From an uncultured Fidelibacterota bacterium (GTDB lineage: Bacteria; Fidelibacterota; Marinisomatia; Marinisomatales; Marinisomataceae), in contig CACBFQ010000002.1 of the NCBI GenBank assembly GCA_902538565.1, positions 285,908-349,907 on the forward strand: a stretch of 64,000 bases of DNA. The letters run 5' to 3'. The notes beneath the pieces were generated by a model. The model worked only from the letters and a program-made list of their open reading frames with translations. It was not told where the DNA came from and did not search any database. Positions 9,441 through 19,821 of the stretch are shown here, piece after piece. Position numbers and translations under genes: made by a program. Positions within the stretch are counted from its first letter, which is position 1. Every line of letters starts with the position of its first letter.

Positions 9441-10199
9441 ATGAATATTTATTTAACAGGTGCAACAAGTGGTTTGGGAGAACATCTTGCATATGAATAT
9501 GCTAAAAGAGGTGCTTTTCTAGCTCTCAGTGGTAGAAGAAGAGATAAACTGGACTCTGTTGCTAGTAAATGTGAAGAACTCGGTGCAAAAGTTATTACAT
9601 ATTGCCTAGATGTCACTGATCAACATGCTACCAAAGAATCTATTGATGATTTTCTATCTAAAATATCAAATATCGACCTTGTAATTGCAAATGCTGGATA
9701 TGGGTTTGTTGATAAATTACATAAAGGAGATCCCACAGAACTCAATAAAGTTATTGATACCAATGTTAACGGAGTAATTAATACTGTTGTACCGTTTATG
9801 CCATCTATGATTAAAAAAGATATGGGGCACATTGCCATCATTGGTTCAGTTGCAAGTCACTTTGCATGGCCCGGAGCTGGCGCATATGCAGCGTCAAAGC
9901 ATGCCGTTAAGGCATTAAGTGTAAGCTGGAGAAAAACCCTACCTAGAAATGTGAATATTACTCTTATTTGTCCAGGATTTGTAAAAAGCGAAATGACAGA
10001 TTCAATGGGAACCTGGGCTCCTTTTATGATAGGGACTGAAGACGGTGTAAAACGAATTGTAAGAGCATTAGATAAAAAGAAAAAAATGTTTATTTTTCCA
10101 TTAATATGGAGATTAGTGATTGCTTTGGAAGGTCCAATATCTTTTTTAATGTCTAAGTCTTTTAGAGAAAATCATAAAAAGAATAGAAACAAATTATAA
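9441..10199 (+). CDS. SDR family NAD(P)-dependent oxidoreductase
   Basis: TGATSGLG, NAG, YAASK, PGFV. Start chosen at ATG 9441; the track extends to 9414. Confidence 0.9.
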   Translation: MNIYLTGATSGLGEHLAYEYAKRGAFLALSGRRRDKLDSVASKCEELGAKVITYCLDVTDQHATKESIDDFLSKISNIDLVIANAGYGFVDKLHKGDPTELNKVIDTNVNGVINTVVPFMPSMIKKDMGHIAIIGSVASHFAWPGAGAYAASKHAVKALSVSWRKTLPRNVNITLICPGFVKSEMTDSMGTWAPFMIGTEDGVKRIVRALDKKKKMFIFPLIWRLVIALEGPISFLMSKSFRENHKKNRNKL

Positions 10200-11024
10200 C
10201 GCTTTTAAAGCGAAATAAAAACAAATCATTCCTGGAACAAAGGTTAAAGAATCAATTTGTTCTCCAAAAATAAAGTAAGAATTCAGAATTGCAATTGGAA
10301 TGATAAGATTGTTCATTACTGCTAACTTGTCGTTAGTTACTTTCAACGAACCTAGATTCCAAAACAAAAAGCCTAGTCCTGTTGAAATTAATCCAAGAAA
10401 TATTAATGCAAATAGATTTTCAGATGAAAGTTGATTGCCACCAGTCGAACTAAAGAGATAAAAAAGAGACGTAACAAGTGTTGCCCCTAAAAACATTTGT
10501 GAAAAATTATGCAGTATATCTGTACCATCATTTTTTATCTTCCATTCTTTAAAAAGTATCTGACCAGAAGCAAAAAATAAGTTTGCGCATTGTATTAATA
10601 AAAATCCAATCCAATAATCAAGTGGATTTACAAAATTTATCCTCATTAAAAAAGATCCAATGATGACAAGTGAAATTGCATAAATACCATTTTTTGAAAT
10701 TGATTGATGTGCAATATATTTTGAAGCAAGACCTATAAAAATTGGTGTAGTAATTGTAAATGTTGCTATTAAATAAGCGGGTAAATATGCATATGATTGG
10801 ATATAAAAAATATACATTAAGCCAAACTGTAAAGCTCCAATCAATATTAGCTTCAAATCAAGAGTGAATTTTTTAATATTATATATTGATATTGATGAAA
10901 AGAAAAGTAAGGCTATTAAACTTCTTATGAAGCTAATGTATGACGAATCTACTCCACTTAAACCATATTTAATTATACCAAACGAAAATGACCAAAGAAT
11001 GGATACTATTATAAGGTAAATCAT
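10194..11024 (-). CDS. EamA/DMT family transporter, resembling the YigM/BioP-type
   Basis: ILWSFSF...GVDS, GALQFGLMY, GLGFLFWNLG, LAVMNNLIIP; about 10 TM. Confidence 0.8.
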   Translation of the reverse strand: MIYLIIVSILWSFSFGIIKYGLSGVDSSYISFIRSLIALLFFSSISIYNIKKFTLDLKLILIGALQFGLMYIFYIQSYAYLPAYLIATFTITTPIFIGLASKYIAHQSISKNGIYAISLVIIGSFLMRINFVNPLDYWIGFLLIQCANLFFASGQILFKEWKIKNDGTDILHNFSQMFLGATLVTSLFYLFSSTGGNQLSSENLFALIFLGLISTGLGFLFWNLGSLKVTNDKLAVMNNLIIPIAILNSYFIFGEQIDSLTFVPGMICFYFALKAL

Positions 11025-11258
11025 TCAAATATTTAAATCATCGATAAGCTTAGCAAGCTTATAATCTTTTTCTGTAAGAGAACCAGCGTCATGAGTTGTT
11101 AAGGATATTGTAACTTTACAATACCCTACTGTTATATCAGGATGATGATTTTCTTGTTCTGATAAGTTAGCAACTTCATTTACAAAATCAATTCCATCTA
11201 AATAAGAACTGAATTCAAATGTTTTAGTTAAAGTGTTATCTTTTTCGTTCCACTGCAT
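11025..11258 (-). CDS. phhB: Pterin-4-alpha-carbinolamine dehydratase
   Basis: NHHPDI, LTTHDAGSLTEKD motifs. Confidence 0.92.
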   Translation of the reverse strand: MQWNEKDNTLTKTFEFSSYLDGIDFVNEVANLSEQENHHPDITVGYCKVTISLTTHDAGSLTEKDYKLAKLIDDLNI

Positions 11259-11259
11259 A

Positions 11260-13050
11260 CTAGAATGGCCATATCATTGGTATCATTATAACTGAAACAA
11301 TCCATAGAATCAATCCTAAAGGTAATCCTACCTTAATGTAATCAGAATATCTATAACCTCCTGGACCAAATACCATAAGATTAGTTTGATAGCCTACTGG
11401 TGTTATAAATGACGCTGAAGCAGCATAACAAACTGCAAAAATGAATGGTTTTGGATCAAATCCGAAACTTGCTGCTAGAGATAATGTAATTGGAGTCATA
11501 ATAATTGCAGTAGCAGCATTTGACGCAATCTCAGTAAGAATCATAGTAATAAAATAAATTAATGCTAACAATAAATACGGAAGTATATCAGCAGGAAATA
11601 AATTAACCACGCTTGAAATTGAATCACTTATTATAATATCTAATCCTGTTCTCTGAATTGCAGCCCCCATAGGAAGAAATGCAGCAATCACTATAATAAC
11701 TTGCCAATGAATTGAGCTATATGCTTCATTAGGAGTAATTACTTTTGAAAGCAATAATGCTATAACGCCAAGAATAACACCAACAACAATTGGAACAACA
11801 TCCAAAATAGCTAATGTTACTGCTAACAAAATAGATACTAAGCTAAGCCACCAAAAAGGATGTCCATCAAGTGATCCATCTACTTTACCTAGCACAATGA
11901 ATCCTTCCTTATTTGCTAGCTGATTAATTCTATCCTTTGGGCCATAAACTAATAACGTATCGAAAGGCTTTAAAATAAAATGAGCCAGTTTTCTACGAAT
12001 GATTTCCCCTTCTCTTCGTATTGCTAATACAAAACTTCCGAAGGATCTTCTAAAATTAGCTTCTTGTAAAGAAAGGCCTATTAATTCTGAATTGTCAGTA
12101 ACTAGACATTCAGCTAATATATTATCCTCCTGCTCAAGTTCATCTTGTGTAAGTTTTTCATCAGCTAACATAACCAAATTTTCAATCTCTTTCAGTCTTT
12201 GAAAATTATCAAACGAACCTTTTACAAAAAGTATATCATCTTCGAGGATAACCAAATTACGAAGATTAGAATTGATAATTTCTCCATTCCTTAGTACGTC
12301 TAGTACTATTACATCATAGTTTTCATTTATTTTTCTATCTAATAATGTTTTACCCGTAAGAGGTGAGTTTTTAGAAACTTTAAATTCTGTTAAATAACCA
12401 TCTAATCGATAGTCTTCAATACTTGATGATTTTGCTACTCTTATTGGTAAAAGCTTGTATCCAATAGTAAAAATATATAACAAACCAATTACAAATTTTA
12501 TAATTCCAAACTTAGCAAACTCAAGCATACCTAGCGACACTTGACCGTTGGAAGAATCAACTAAAATCGAATTAACAATTAAATTTGTAGATGTACCTAC
12601 TAGTGTCAAAGTACCTCCTAAGATAGCTGCATAACTCAATGGAATAAGTACTTTAGATGGACTTATATTATATTTATCAGCAAGCCTTATAGTTACAGGC
12701 ATAAAAATCGCTACGATAGCAGTATTATTGACTACTGCAGAAGCTACTCCAATGGCAAATAGATAAGCAACCATACCTAAAACTCGAGACTTATCTATCA
12801 AAGAATTGATATTGATTATTAAATATTCAAGTACATGAGATTTTTGTAAAGCATGACTTAAAATAAATAAGCAAGCTATTGTAATGACTGCAGGATTAGA
12901 AAATCCTGCAAGACTTTCAGTAGGACTTACTAATCCCAGAATTAGTAACAATCCTAAAACTAATAATGCAGTTACATCTATTGGAAATAATTCAGTAACA
13001 AATAATACTAAAGCTACTAAAATTATCGTACCTAGGAATAAAATTTCCAT
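11260..13050 (-). CDS. SLC13/CitMHS-type permease with two TrkA-C domains
   Basis: GFSNPAVIT, SAVVNNTAIV, LGGTLTLVGTSTNL, EIASNAATA, TPVGYQTNLMV. The start is set at ATG 13050 because the track's extension lies inside the tRNA. Confidence 0.88.
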   Translation of the reverse strand: MEILFLGTIILVALVLFVTELFPIDVTALLVLGLLLILGLVSPTESLAGFSNPAVITIACLFILSHALQKSHVLEYLIININSLIDKSRVLGMVAYLFAIGVASAVVNNTAIVAIFMPVTIRLADKYNISPSKVLIPLSYAAILGGTLTLVGTSTNLIVNSILVDSSNGQVSLGMLEFAKFGIIKFVIGLLYIFTIGYKLLPIRVAKSSSIEDYRLDGYLTEFKVSKNSPLTGKTLLDRKINENYDVIVLDVLRNGEIINSNLRNLVILEDDILFVKGSFDNFQRLKEIENLVMLADEKLTQDELEQEDNILAECLVTDNSELIGLSLQEANFRRSFGSFVLAIRREGEIIRRKLAHFILKPFDTLLVYGPKDRINQLANKEGFIVLGKVDGSLDGHPFWWLSLVSILLAVTLAILDVVPIVVGVILGVIALLLSKVITPNEAYSSIHWQVIIVIAAFLPMGAAIQRTGLDIIISDSISSVVNLFPADILPYLLLALIYFITMILTEIASNAATAIIMTPITLSLAASFGFDPKPFIFAVCYAASASFITPVGYQTNLMVFGPGGYRYSDYIKVGLPLGLILWIVSVIMIPMIWPF

Positions 13051-13053
13051 AAG

Positions 13054-13135
13054 TACCGTGGAAAGGACTCGAACCTTCACATCTTACGATACTGGTTCCT
13101 AAGACCAGCGCGTCTACCAATTCCGCCACCACGGC
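13054..13135 (-). tRNA. tRNA-Leu(TAG), CCA not encoded
   Basis: Acceptor GCCGTGG/CCACGGT, anticodon arm CTGGT-CTTAGGA-ACCAG, long variable arm, GGTTCGA T-loop. Confidence 0.96.
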
Positions 13136-13177
13136 ATATTTATCAAAATATAAAGATAAAAAGCAAAAAAAGTTTAC

Positions 13178-14350
13178 TTAATGATTGATAGCTAAATCAA
13201 GCTCAGAAATTAAATCTTCCACATCCTCAATACCAACAGAAAGCCTTAATAGATTTTTTGTAATTCCCAACTTTTCTTTTTCTTTCTTTGGAACAGATGC
13301 ATGAGTCATGGAGTAAGGACATGAAATTAAAGTCTTTACTCCCCCCAAGCTCTCAGCTAAAGTAATAAAGTTTAATTTCTTTGCAAATTTCTTAACACTT
13401 ACAGTGGTATCAAGTTCAAAAGAAATGATTCCACCGAACACTGATTTTCCTTCAGGGTTCTTCTGTTGTTTTTTTGCTATTGCATGTTGCGGATGGTCTT
13501 TAAGTCCTGGATAAATTACTCTTGTAACTTTTTTATGATTTTTAAGCCAATTTGCAATGATCATCGCATTGCTAAAATGTCTTTCTACTCTCAATGATAA
13601 AGTTTTAACAGAACGAAGGAGTAGCCAGGCATCAAAAGGGCTTGGCAAAGCTCCTGCAGTATTTTGAATAAGAGTAATTTTTTCTGCAGAACTCTTATCG
13701 TTAACCATTAGTGCCCCACTTAAAATATCAGAATGACCTCCAATATATTTTGTAGTACTATGCATGACAATATCAGCTCCAAGATTAAGTGGCATTTGTC
13801 CACAAGGACTCATAAAAGTATTATCAACACTTACTAAAATATTTTTAGGCTTACATAGCTTACTTACTGAAGAAATATCTGCAATCTCAAGTAATGGGTT
13901 ACTAGGTGTTTCTAAGTGAATTAATTTTGTATTATCCCTTATTGAATCTTTAATGATCTTTAAGTTTGTAGTATCAATAAAGTCAAAATCAACTCCATTA
14001 TCATTTAATACTTTTGTAACAAGCCTAAAGACACCGCCATATACATTTTGTGAAATTACAACATGATCTCCGGGCTTAAACATTAAAAATATTGCCGACA
14101 TAGCTGCCATACCAGATGCAAAAGCAAAAGAAAACTTTGCATCTTCTAACATTGCAAAATTTTCTTCTAAGGCATCAATTGTTGGACCTCCAGTTCTAGA
14201 ATAAACAAATTTCTCAGAACTACTAAAACTTGGTTGTCTAAAAGTTGAGGTTAAATGAAGAGGGGTAACAGCAGCACCTGTTTCATCAATTCTGTTACCA
14301 GTATGAATAGATTTAGTTAAGAACTTTGTATTTTTTTTATTCTTAGCCAC
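13178..14350 (-). CDS. PLP-dependent trans-sulfuration enzyme (cystathionine gamma-lyase/synthase family)
   Basis: FASGMAA, LETPSNP, VDNTF, HSTTKYIGGHSD, AESLGG, LRLSVGIED. Confidence 0.92.
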   Translation of the reverse strand: MAKNKKNTKFLTKSIHTGNRIDETGAAVTPLHLTSTFRQPSFSSSEKFVYSRTGGPTIDALEENFAMLEDAKFSFAFASGMAAMSAIFLMFKPGDHVVISQNVYGGVFRLVTKVLNDNGVDFDFIDTTNLKIIKDSIRDNTKLIHLETPSNPLLEIADISSVSKLCKPKNILVSVDNTFMSPCGQMPLNLGADIVMHSTTKYIGGHSDILSGALMVNDKSSAEKITLIQNTAGALPSPFDAWLLLRSVKTLSLRVERHFSNAMIIANWLKNHKKVTRVIYPGLKDHPQHAIAKKQQKNPEGKSVFGGIISFELDTTVSVKKFAKKLNFITLAESLGGVKTLISCPYSMTHASVPKKEKEKLGITKNLLRLSVGIEDVEDLISELDLAINH

Positions 14351-17300
14351 GAGTATATCCTTTCATTAAATACTGATCAATTTTTTTAAATTTTACTTTA
14401 ACTCTTTCACCTGATGGAGCAATAAGCTCAACTTTATCATTTCTTCCAAGCTTTAATTCAGATTCATTTGACATATCTTCCTTTGGAGGAATATTTTTAG
14501 GGATTTCATTTGAATTGCTATTTGCTGCTTCATCATGTTGAAGTTGAATATTTTTTTGTAATGGATTTTGTTGAGTTTGAACTTGATCGCTCACCTGAGC
14601 ATGAAAAACTCTTTGAATAACAGTACTTCTTAAGCTAACCATTAATTCTTGAAAAAAGTTATATGATTCAGATTTATATTCAATTAATGGATTTTTCTGT
14701 CCATAAGCTCTTAACCCTATCCCTTCTCTTAATTGATCCATTCCCAATAAATGATTTCTCCATTTTTCATCAATAGTTTTTAGTACGATAAATTTTTCAA
14801 CCTTTCTTAATAACTCTGAAGGAATAACATCTTCTTTAAGTTTATAATATTTTAATGCTTCCTCATTTATGTAATCAATTAGCTCATCTAAAGATTGTAA
14901 AGATTCAATTTCATTAACATCAATATTGATAAGTAAATTACTATTTAGCTGTTGATTAATAGTTTGCCAATCCCAATCTTTTATTTGTTTAAAATCTAAA
15001 TCTCCGATAGTATCAAAAATAAAATCTTCAATAAACTCGTTGATAGTATCTTTAATCGATTCAGAAAGAAGTGCCTTGTTTCGTAAATCATATATTATTT
15101 CTCTTTGTTGATTTAAAACATCATCATACTCTAATAGATGTTTTCTCATTGCAAAATTTCTTTCTTCAACTTTCTTTTGAGCATTACTAACACCTCTATT
15201 CAACATCCCCGCACTAAGCTCTTGATCTTCATCCATTGAGAGTCGATCCATGTATGTTGCAAGTCTATCCATATTAAATAGTCTCATCAGGTCATCTTCT
15301 AAAGAAATATAAAATCTTGAAGACCCATTATCACCTTGTCTTCCAGATCTACCCATTAATTGTAAATCTATCCTTCTTGACTCATGTCTGGCTGTACCAA
15401 TTATATGTAACCCTCCTAACTCTTCAACGCCAGGTCCTAACTTAATATCTGTTCCTCTACCTGCCATATTAGTAGCAATAGTAATTGATTTTTTTAAACC
15501 AGCTTGAGCTACAATTTGCGCTTCGCTTTGATGTTGCTTTGCATTTAATACATTGTGAGGAATTCCTTTTTGTTTTAACATTTTTGAAAGTAGCTCAGAT
15601 ACCTCAACAGAAACTGTTCCAATTAAAACTGGTTGGCTTTTTGAGTAATATTCACTCACTTCTTTTATTACTGCCTTGTATTTTACTTGCATTGATTTAT
15701 AAATGACGTCGTTAAAATCATTCCTCTTAATAGGTCTATGAGTTGGGATTACAGTAACTCCAAGATTATAAATTTTTTCAAATTCAGCAGCTTCTGTATC
15801 AGCGGTACCTGTCATTCCGGATAATTTATCATACATTCTAAAATAATTTTGAATCGTTATTGATGCTAAAGTTTGTGTTTCTTTTTCAATTTTAACGTTT
15901 TCTTTTGCCTCCAATGCTTGATGAAGACCTCCGCTAAATCTTCTTCCTGGAAGAACTCTTCCTGTAAATTCATCGACGATTAATACTTGACCATTTTGAA
16001 CAACATATTCAACATCCTTATCAAAAAGAGTATATGCTTTTAACAATTGACTAAGATAATGAATCTTACTACTTCTTTCAGAATGCAACTTATATACCTT
16101 TTCTTTTTGTAATTGTTTTTGTTCATCTGAAAGATTTTGCTCATCAATATCTGAAAGCAATTCGCCTAAATCTGGAATAGTAAATGCATCTTTATTATCA
16201 GGAGATAATGCTTCTCTACCCTTATCTGATAAATCAACACTATTTGATTGTTCGTCAATCGAGAATAATAAATCTTCATCCAATAAATAAGTTTTCTTCT
16301 CCGCAATATATTCTGATTCCACAGCATTCATCATCTTAATTGTTCCCTGCTCTTGGAATAAATCTTGTAGTTTTTGAAATTTTGGTAACCCTCTTTTAGC
16401 CTTTAGAAGAAGCAATCCAGCTTGTTGTTTTTCATCATCAGATAGAGTTTCATTTTTTAATAATGTTTGGGCTTCAGAAACAAGTGTACTAATTAGTTGA
16501 GTTTGTTTTACTACAAGAGATTGTACAGGTCGCTTTAAATCTACATAAGATTGATTTATTTTTGTCTCAACAGGACCAGAAATAATTAAAGGTGTTCTTG
16601 CCTCATCTATTAATACACTATCAACTTCATCAACAATTGCATAATTGTGCTTTCTTTGCACTAAAAATTCACTATCAATAGTCATATTATCTCTTAAATA
16701 ATCAAACCCAAATTCATTATTTGTTCCATACGTTATATCACAATTATATGATGATTTTCTTTGTTCTGGGTTCATGCTATTTAAAATAAATCCAACAGAT
16801 AATCCAAGAGTTTCAAAAACTTTTCCCATCCATTCTGCATCTCTTTGAGCAAGATAGTCATTTACAGTAATCACATGAACACCTCTTCCTGAAAGAGCAT
16901 TGAGGTAAATTGGAAAAGTAGCAACCAGTGTCTTACCCTCTCCAGTCTTCATTTCTGAAATCTTTCCTTGATGTAAAACTACCCCACCAATGATCTGTTC
17001 GTCATAAGGAATCATTTCCCATTTAATTTTTTGACCAACTACTTCCCATTCTTTGCCATACAAAAGTCTACAGGCATGTTTTACAAGAGCGAAAGCTTCG
17101 ATTAAATGTTGTTCTAAAACATTTTCTGCAATTTGAGATCTTATTTTTTTTAGCTCTTTAGAGTCATCTATATTATTTAGTTTTTTACTTTCTTGCTCAA
17201 CTATGGATTCTTTGATTACGGTTTGTAATTCTTTTGTTCGATCTTGTAAATAGGATAAATCTTTGCCTTCAAGAGTGGCATAGAATTCATTTACTTGCTT

Positions 17301-17369
17301 TACAATAGGTAAAATTTTTTTTATTTCTCTATCTGATTTTGTTCCAAATATTTTTGTTAAAATACCCAA
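14343..17369 (-). CDS. secA: Preprotein translocase ATPase SecA (TTG start)
   Basis: EMKTGEGKT, DEVDSVLIDEARTPLIISG, ATNMAGRGTDI, GRSGRQGD, QKNPLIEYK. Confidence 0.98.
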   Translation of the reverse strand: MGILTKIFGTKSDREIKKILPIVKQVNEFYATLEGKDLSYLQDRTKELQTVIKESIVEQESKKLNNIDDSKELKKIRSQIAENVLEQHLIEAFALVKHACRLLYGKEWEVVGQKIKWEMIPYDEQIIGGVVLHQGKISEMKTGEGKTLVATFPIYLNALSGRGVHVITVNDYLAQRDAEWMGKVFETLGLSVGFILNSMNPEQRKSSYNCDITYGTNNEFGFDYLRDNMTIDSEFLVQRKHNYAIVDEVDSVLIDEARTPLIISGPVETKINQSYVDLKRPVQSLVVKQTQLISTLVSEAQTLLKNETLSDDEKQQAGLLLLKAKRGLPKFQKLQDLFQEQGTIKMMNAVESEYIAEKKTYLLDEDLLFSIDEQSNSVDLSDKGREALSPDNKDAFTIPDLGELLSDIDEQNLSDEQKQLQKEKVYKLHSERSSKIHYLSQLLKAYTLFDKDVEYVVQNGQVLIVDEFTGRVLPGRRFSGGLHQALEAKENVKIEKETQTLASITIQNYFRMYDKLSGMTGTADTEAAEFEKIYNLGVTVIPTHRPIKRNDFNDVIYKSMQVKYKAVIKEVSEYYSKSQPVLIGTVSVEVSELLSKMLKQKGIPHNVLNAKQHQSEAQIVAQAGLKKSITIATNMAGRGTDIKLGPGVEELGGLHIIGTARHESRRIDLQLMGRSGRQGDNGSSRFYISLEDDLMRLFNMDRLATYMDRLSMDEDQELSAGMLNRGVSNAQKKVEERNFAMRKHLLEYDDVLNQQREIIYDLRNKALLSESIKDTINEFIEDFIFDTIGDLDFKQIKDWDWQTINQQLNSNLLINIDVNEIESLQSLDELIDYINEEALKYYKLKEDVIPSELLRKVEKFIVLKTIDEKWRNHLLGMDQLREGIGLRAYGQKNPLIEYKSESYNFFQELMVSLRSTVIQRVFHAQVSDQVQTQQNPLQKNIQLQHDEAANSNSNEIPKNIPPKEDMSNESELKLGRNDKVELIAPSGERVKVKFKKIDQYLMKGYTRG

Positions 17370-17792
17370 TTATAACTCCTTGTAAATCGAGTCAAGGACA
17401 CCGTTAACAAACGAAGTACTATCTTCTGAGCTAAATTTTTTAGCATTTTCTATAGCAGAACTAATAGTAACCTTATGAGAAATATCATATGACTTTAAAT
17501 GAATCATTTCGCATAAAGACATTTGCATAATTAGTCTATCAATAACATTTAATCTATCTACTGTCCAATTATCAAGATTACTTTCAATATGTTTATCTAA
17601 ATCATCAGAAAATTTGACTGTTGAATTAAAAAGTTCTTCTACAAATTTTTTAGTCATTTTGTCAAATTCATATCTTTTCAAAATATCATGTAAGACTTTT
17701 TTAGCTTCCTCGCTTGATACATGTTTTGCATAAAGAGCTTGTAAAACGGCCTCTCTTGCTAACTTTCTTTGCTGTTTATCATTTTTTGCCAT
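17370..17792 (-). CDS. nusB: Transcription antitermination factor NusB
   Basis: RKLAREAVLQALY, W...RL..IDR, FVNGVLD. Confidence 0.93.
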   Translation of the reverse strand: MAKNDKQQRKLAREAVLQALYAKHVSSEEAKKVLHDILKRYEFDKMTKKFVEELFNSTVKFSDDLDKHIESNLDNWTVDRLNVIDRLIMQMSLCEMIHLKSYDISHKVTISSAIENAKKFSSEDSTSFVNGVLDSIYKEL

Positions 17793-17799
17793 GATTTAG

Positions 17800-18864
17800 T
17801 TACTGATGATTCCATTTAATATAGTCTTGAATTCGTCTTTCAGCTAAAATGTTAGCTGCTTTAAGTGTCGAAATATTATTATTTATCGCGTAATCAAAAA
17901 TTTTTGTTAAAATATGATAGATACCTTCAACTTGAAATTTTGCCTTTTCTTTGTTGTAACCTTGAAGTTCATTTGCAACATTCATTAATCCACCAGCATT
18001 AATTACATAATCAGGTACATACATTATTTTTTTTTCTTTCAATAACTTTGAATCTCTATCTTCTTTTTCTAACTGATTGTTAGCAGCGCCAGCGATAACA
18101 CTACACTTTAAACTTTCAATCGTAGTGGGATTGATAATAGCCCCCATTGCGCATGGAGAAAAAACATCTAAGTCCATTGACATTAGCTCATCAGCACTTA
18201 CTGGATTAACACCAAATTCATCTTTAACTCTATCAAGTGATTCTTCATTAATATCATTTCCATATATTTCTGCACCTTCACTTTTTAAGTGAGAACACAA
18301 ATAATATCCTACCTTGCCAAAACCTTGAACACCTATTTTAAGTCCATGTAATGATTGAATATTTAATCTTTTTTTCAATGCAGCTTTCATTCCAACAAAA
18401 ACTCCTAAAGCTGTAAGAATAGATGGATCACCGCTTCCTCCCATTGCTCTTTTGATTCCAGTAACATGGTCAGTTTCCATTCTAATAAATTCCATATCAC
18501 GGACAGTCATGCCAACATCTTCAGCAGTGATATATTTACCCCCAAGACTTTGTACAAATTTCCCAAATGATCTCAAAAGTACTTCTGATTTATCTGAATT
18601 TGGATCTCCAATTATAACAGCTTTTCCACCACCTAAATTTAGGTTTGAGATAGAAGCTTTATATGTCATACCTCTGGATAATCTTAAAACATCTACAAGC
18701 GCATCTTCTTCACTTTTGTATGGATACATTCTACATCCTCCTAAAGCAGGTCCTAAAACAGTATTATGTATTGCAATTATTGCTTTTAATCCAGAAGATG
18801 GATCATTGCAATAGACAATTTGCTCATGATTTTTATCAGATATTTTTTCAAAAATTTTTGCCAT
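17800..18864 (-). CDS. Glu/Leu/Phe/Val dehydrogenase (leucine dehydrogenase-like)
   Basis: GPALGGCRM, RLSRGMTYK, GGGKAVI, YITAEDVG, GAANNQL, PDYVINAGG. Confidence 0.92.
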   Translation of the reverse strand: MAKIFEKISDKNHEQIVYCNDPSSGLKAIIAIHNTVLGPALGGCRMYPYKSEEDALVDVLRLSRGMTYKASISNLNLGGGKAVIIGDPNSDKSEVLLRSFGKFVQSLGGKYITAEDVGMTVRDMEFIRMETDHVTGIKRAMGGSGDPSILTALGVFVGMKAALKKRLNIQSLHGLKIGVQGFGKVGYYLCSHLKSEGAEIYGNDINEESLDRVKDEFGVNPVSADELMSMDLDVFSPCAMGAIINPTTIESLKCSVIAGAANNQLEKEDRDSKLLKEKKIMYVPDYVINAGGLMNVANELQGYNKEKAKFQVEGIYHILTKIFDYAINNNISTLKAANILAERRIQDYIKWNHQ

Positions 18865-18873
18865 TATAATTTC

Positions 18874-19821
18874 CTATTTATTCTTGGATTTTGAATAAGC
18901 GTCAATGATATCTTTTACAAGATGATGTCTTGCAATATCATGTTCACTTAGTTTTACAATCCCAATATCATTAATATTTTTTAATATTTTTAAAACATCA
19001 ATCAATCCAGAATTAGACTTTGACGGTAAATCAATTTGCGATTCATCGCCAGTTATTATCGCTCTTGATTCAATTCCTAATCTTGTAAGAAACATTTTCA
19101 TTTGGATCGATGAAGCATTTTGAGCCTCATCAAGAATCATAGCTGAACGATTGATAGTTCTTCCCCTCATATATGCCAATGGTATTATCTCAATAATACC
19201 TCTATCTAAAAAATTTTGAATTTTATTTTTTGGCAATAATTCATGAAGTGCATCATATAATGGCGCAAGATATGGATCAATTTTATCTTTAAGGTCTCCT
19301 GGAAGAAATCCTAAATTTTCTCCAGCTTCAACAGCAGGTCTACAGAAAATAATTTTTTCAATTTCATGTTTTTCAAGTAATGATAATGCATATGCCACAG
19401 CAAGGAATGTTTTTCCTGTTCCTGCTGGACCTACTGAAATAATAATATCGTTTTTCAAAAAAGATTGAACTAATTCCTTTTGTCCATCAGTTCTAGGAAA
19501 AACTGGACCCTTTTTGCCATAAAATAATACGTTCTCAATGGAGCCATTAGATTTTGATGATGGTTCGGATGCATTTAAAGCAACTAATTGTGATATATCT
19601 TTTTGTGATAAGGTATTACCTTTTTTAATTGAGTCAATCATTTGATTTAAAACTGAATCAAAATGATTGATATCTTTTTTCAGACCTTGGCAAAAAATAT
19701 TGTTCCCTCTAACATTTAATTGAAGAGGAAGTTGTTTTTCTAAAAAAATAATATTTTTATCACCAACTCCATACAGACTTGTCAAATCTACGCCTTTTAT
19801 TTCAAACGTTTTTTTCATCAT
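18874..19821 (-). CDS. phoH: PhoH family ATPase
   Basis: [39 protein letters not shown]. Confidence 0.93.
   Translation of the reverse strand: MMKKTFEIKGVDLTSLYGVGDKNIIFLEKQLPLQLNVRGNNIFCQGLKKDINHFDSVLNQMIDSIKKGNTLSQKDISQLVALNASEPSSKSNGSIENVLFYGKKGPVFPRTDGQKELVQSFLKNDIIISVGPAGTGKTFLAVAYALSLLEKHEIEKIIFCRPAVEAGENLGFLPGDLKDKIDPYLAPLYDALHELLPKNKIQNFLDRGIIEIIPLAYMRGRTINRSAMILDEAQNASSIQMKMFLTRLGIESRAIITGDESQIDLPSKSNSGLIDVLKILKNINDIGIVKLSEHDIARHHLVKDIIDAYSKSKNK

Noticed and set aside
13051-13080. ORF-track extension MKVRVLSTVL of the SLC13 permease, and the + strand ORF 12884-13102
   Set aside because: Both run through tRNA-Leu or lie antisense to a well-supported CDS
18874-19821. phoH as a member of the Pho regulon
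   Set aside because: It overlaps the aspS 3' end, has no copy of the 11-bp motif upstream, and this PhoH subfamily is commonly housekeeping
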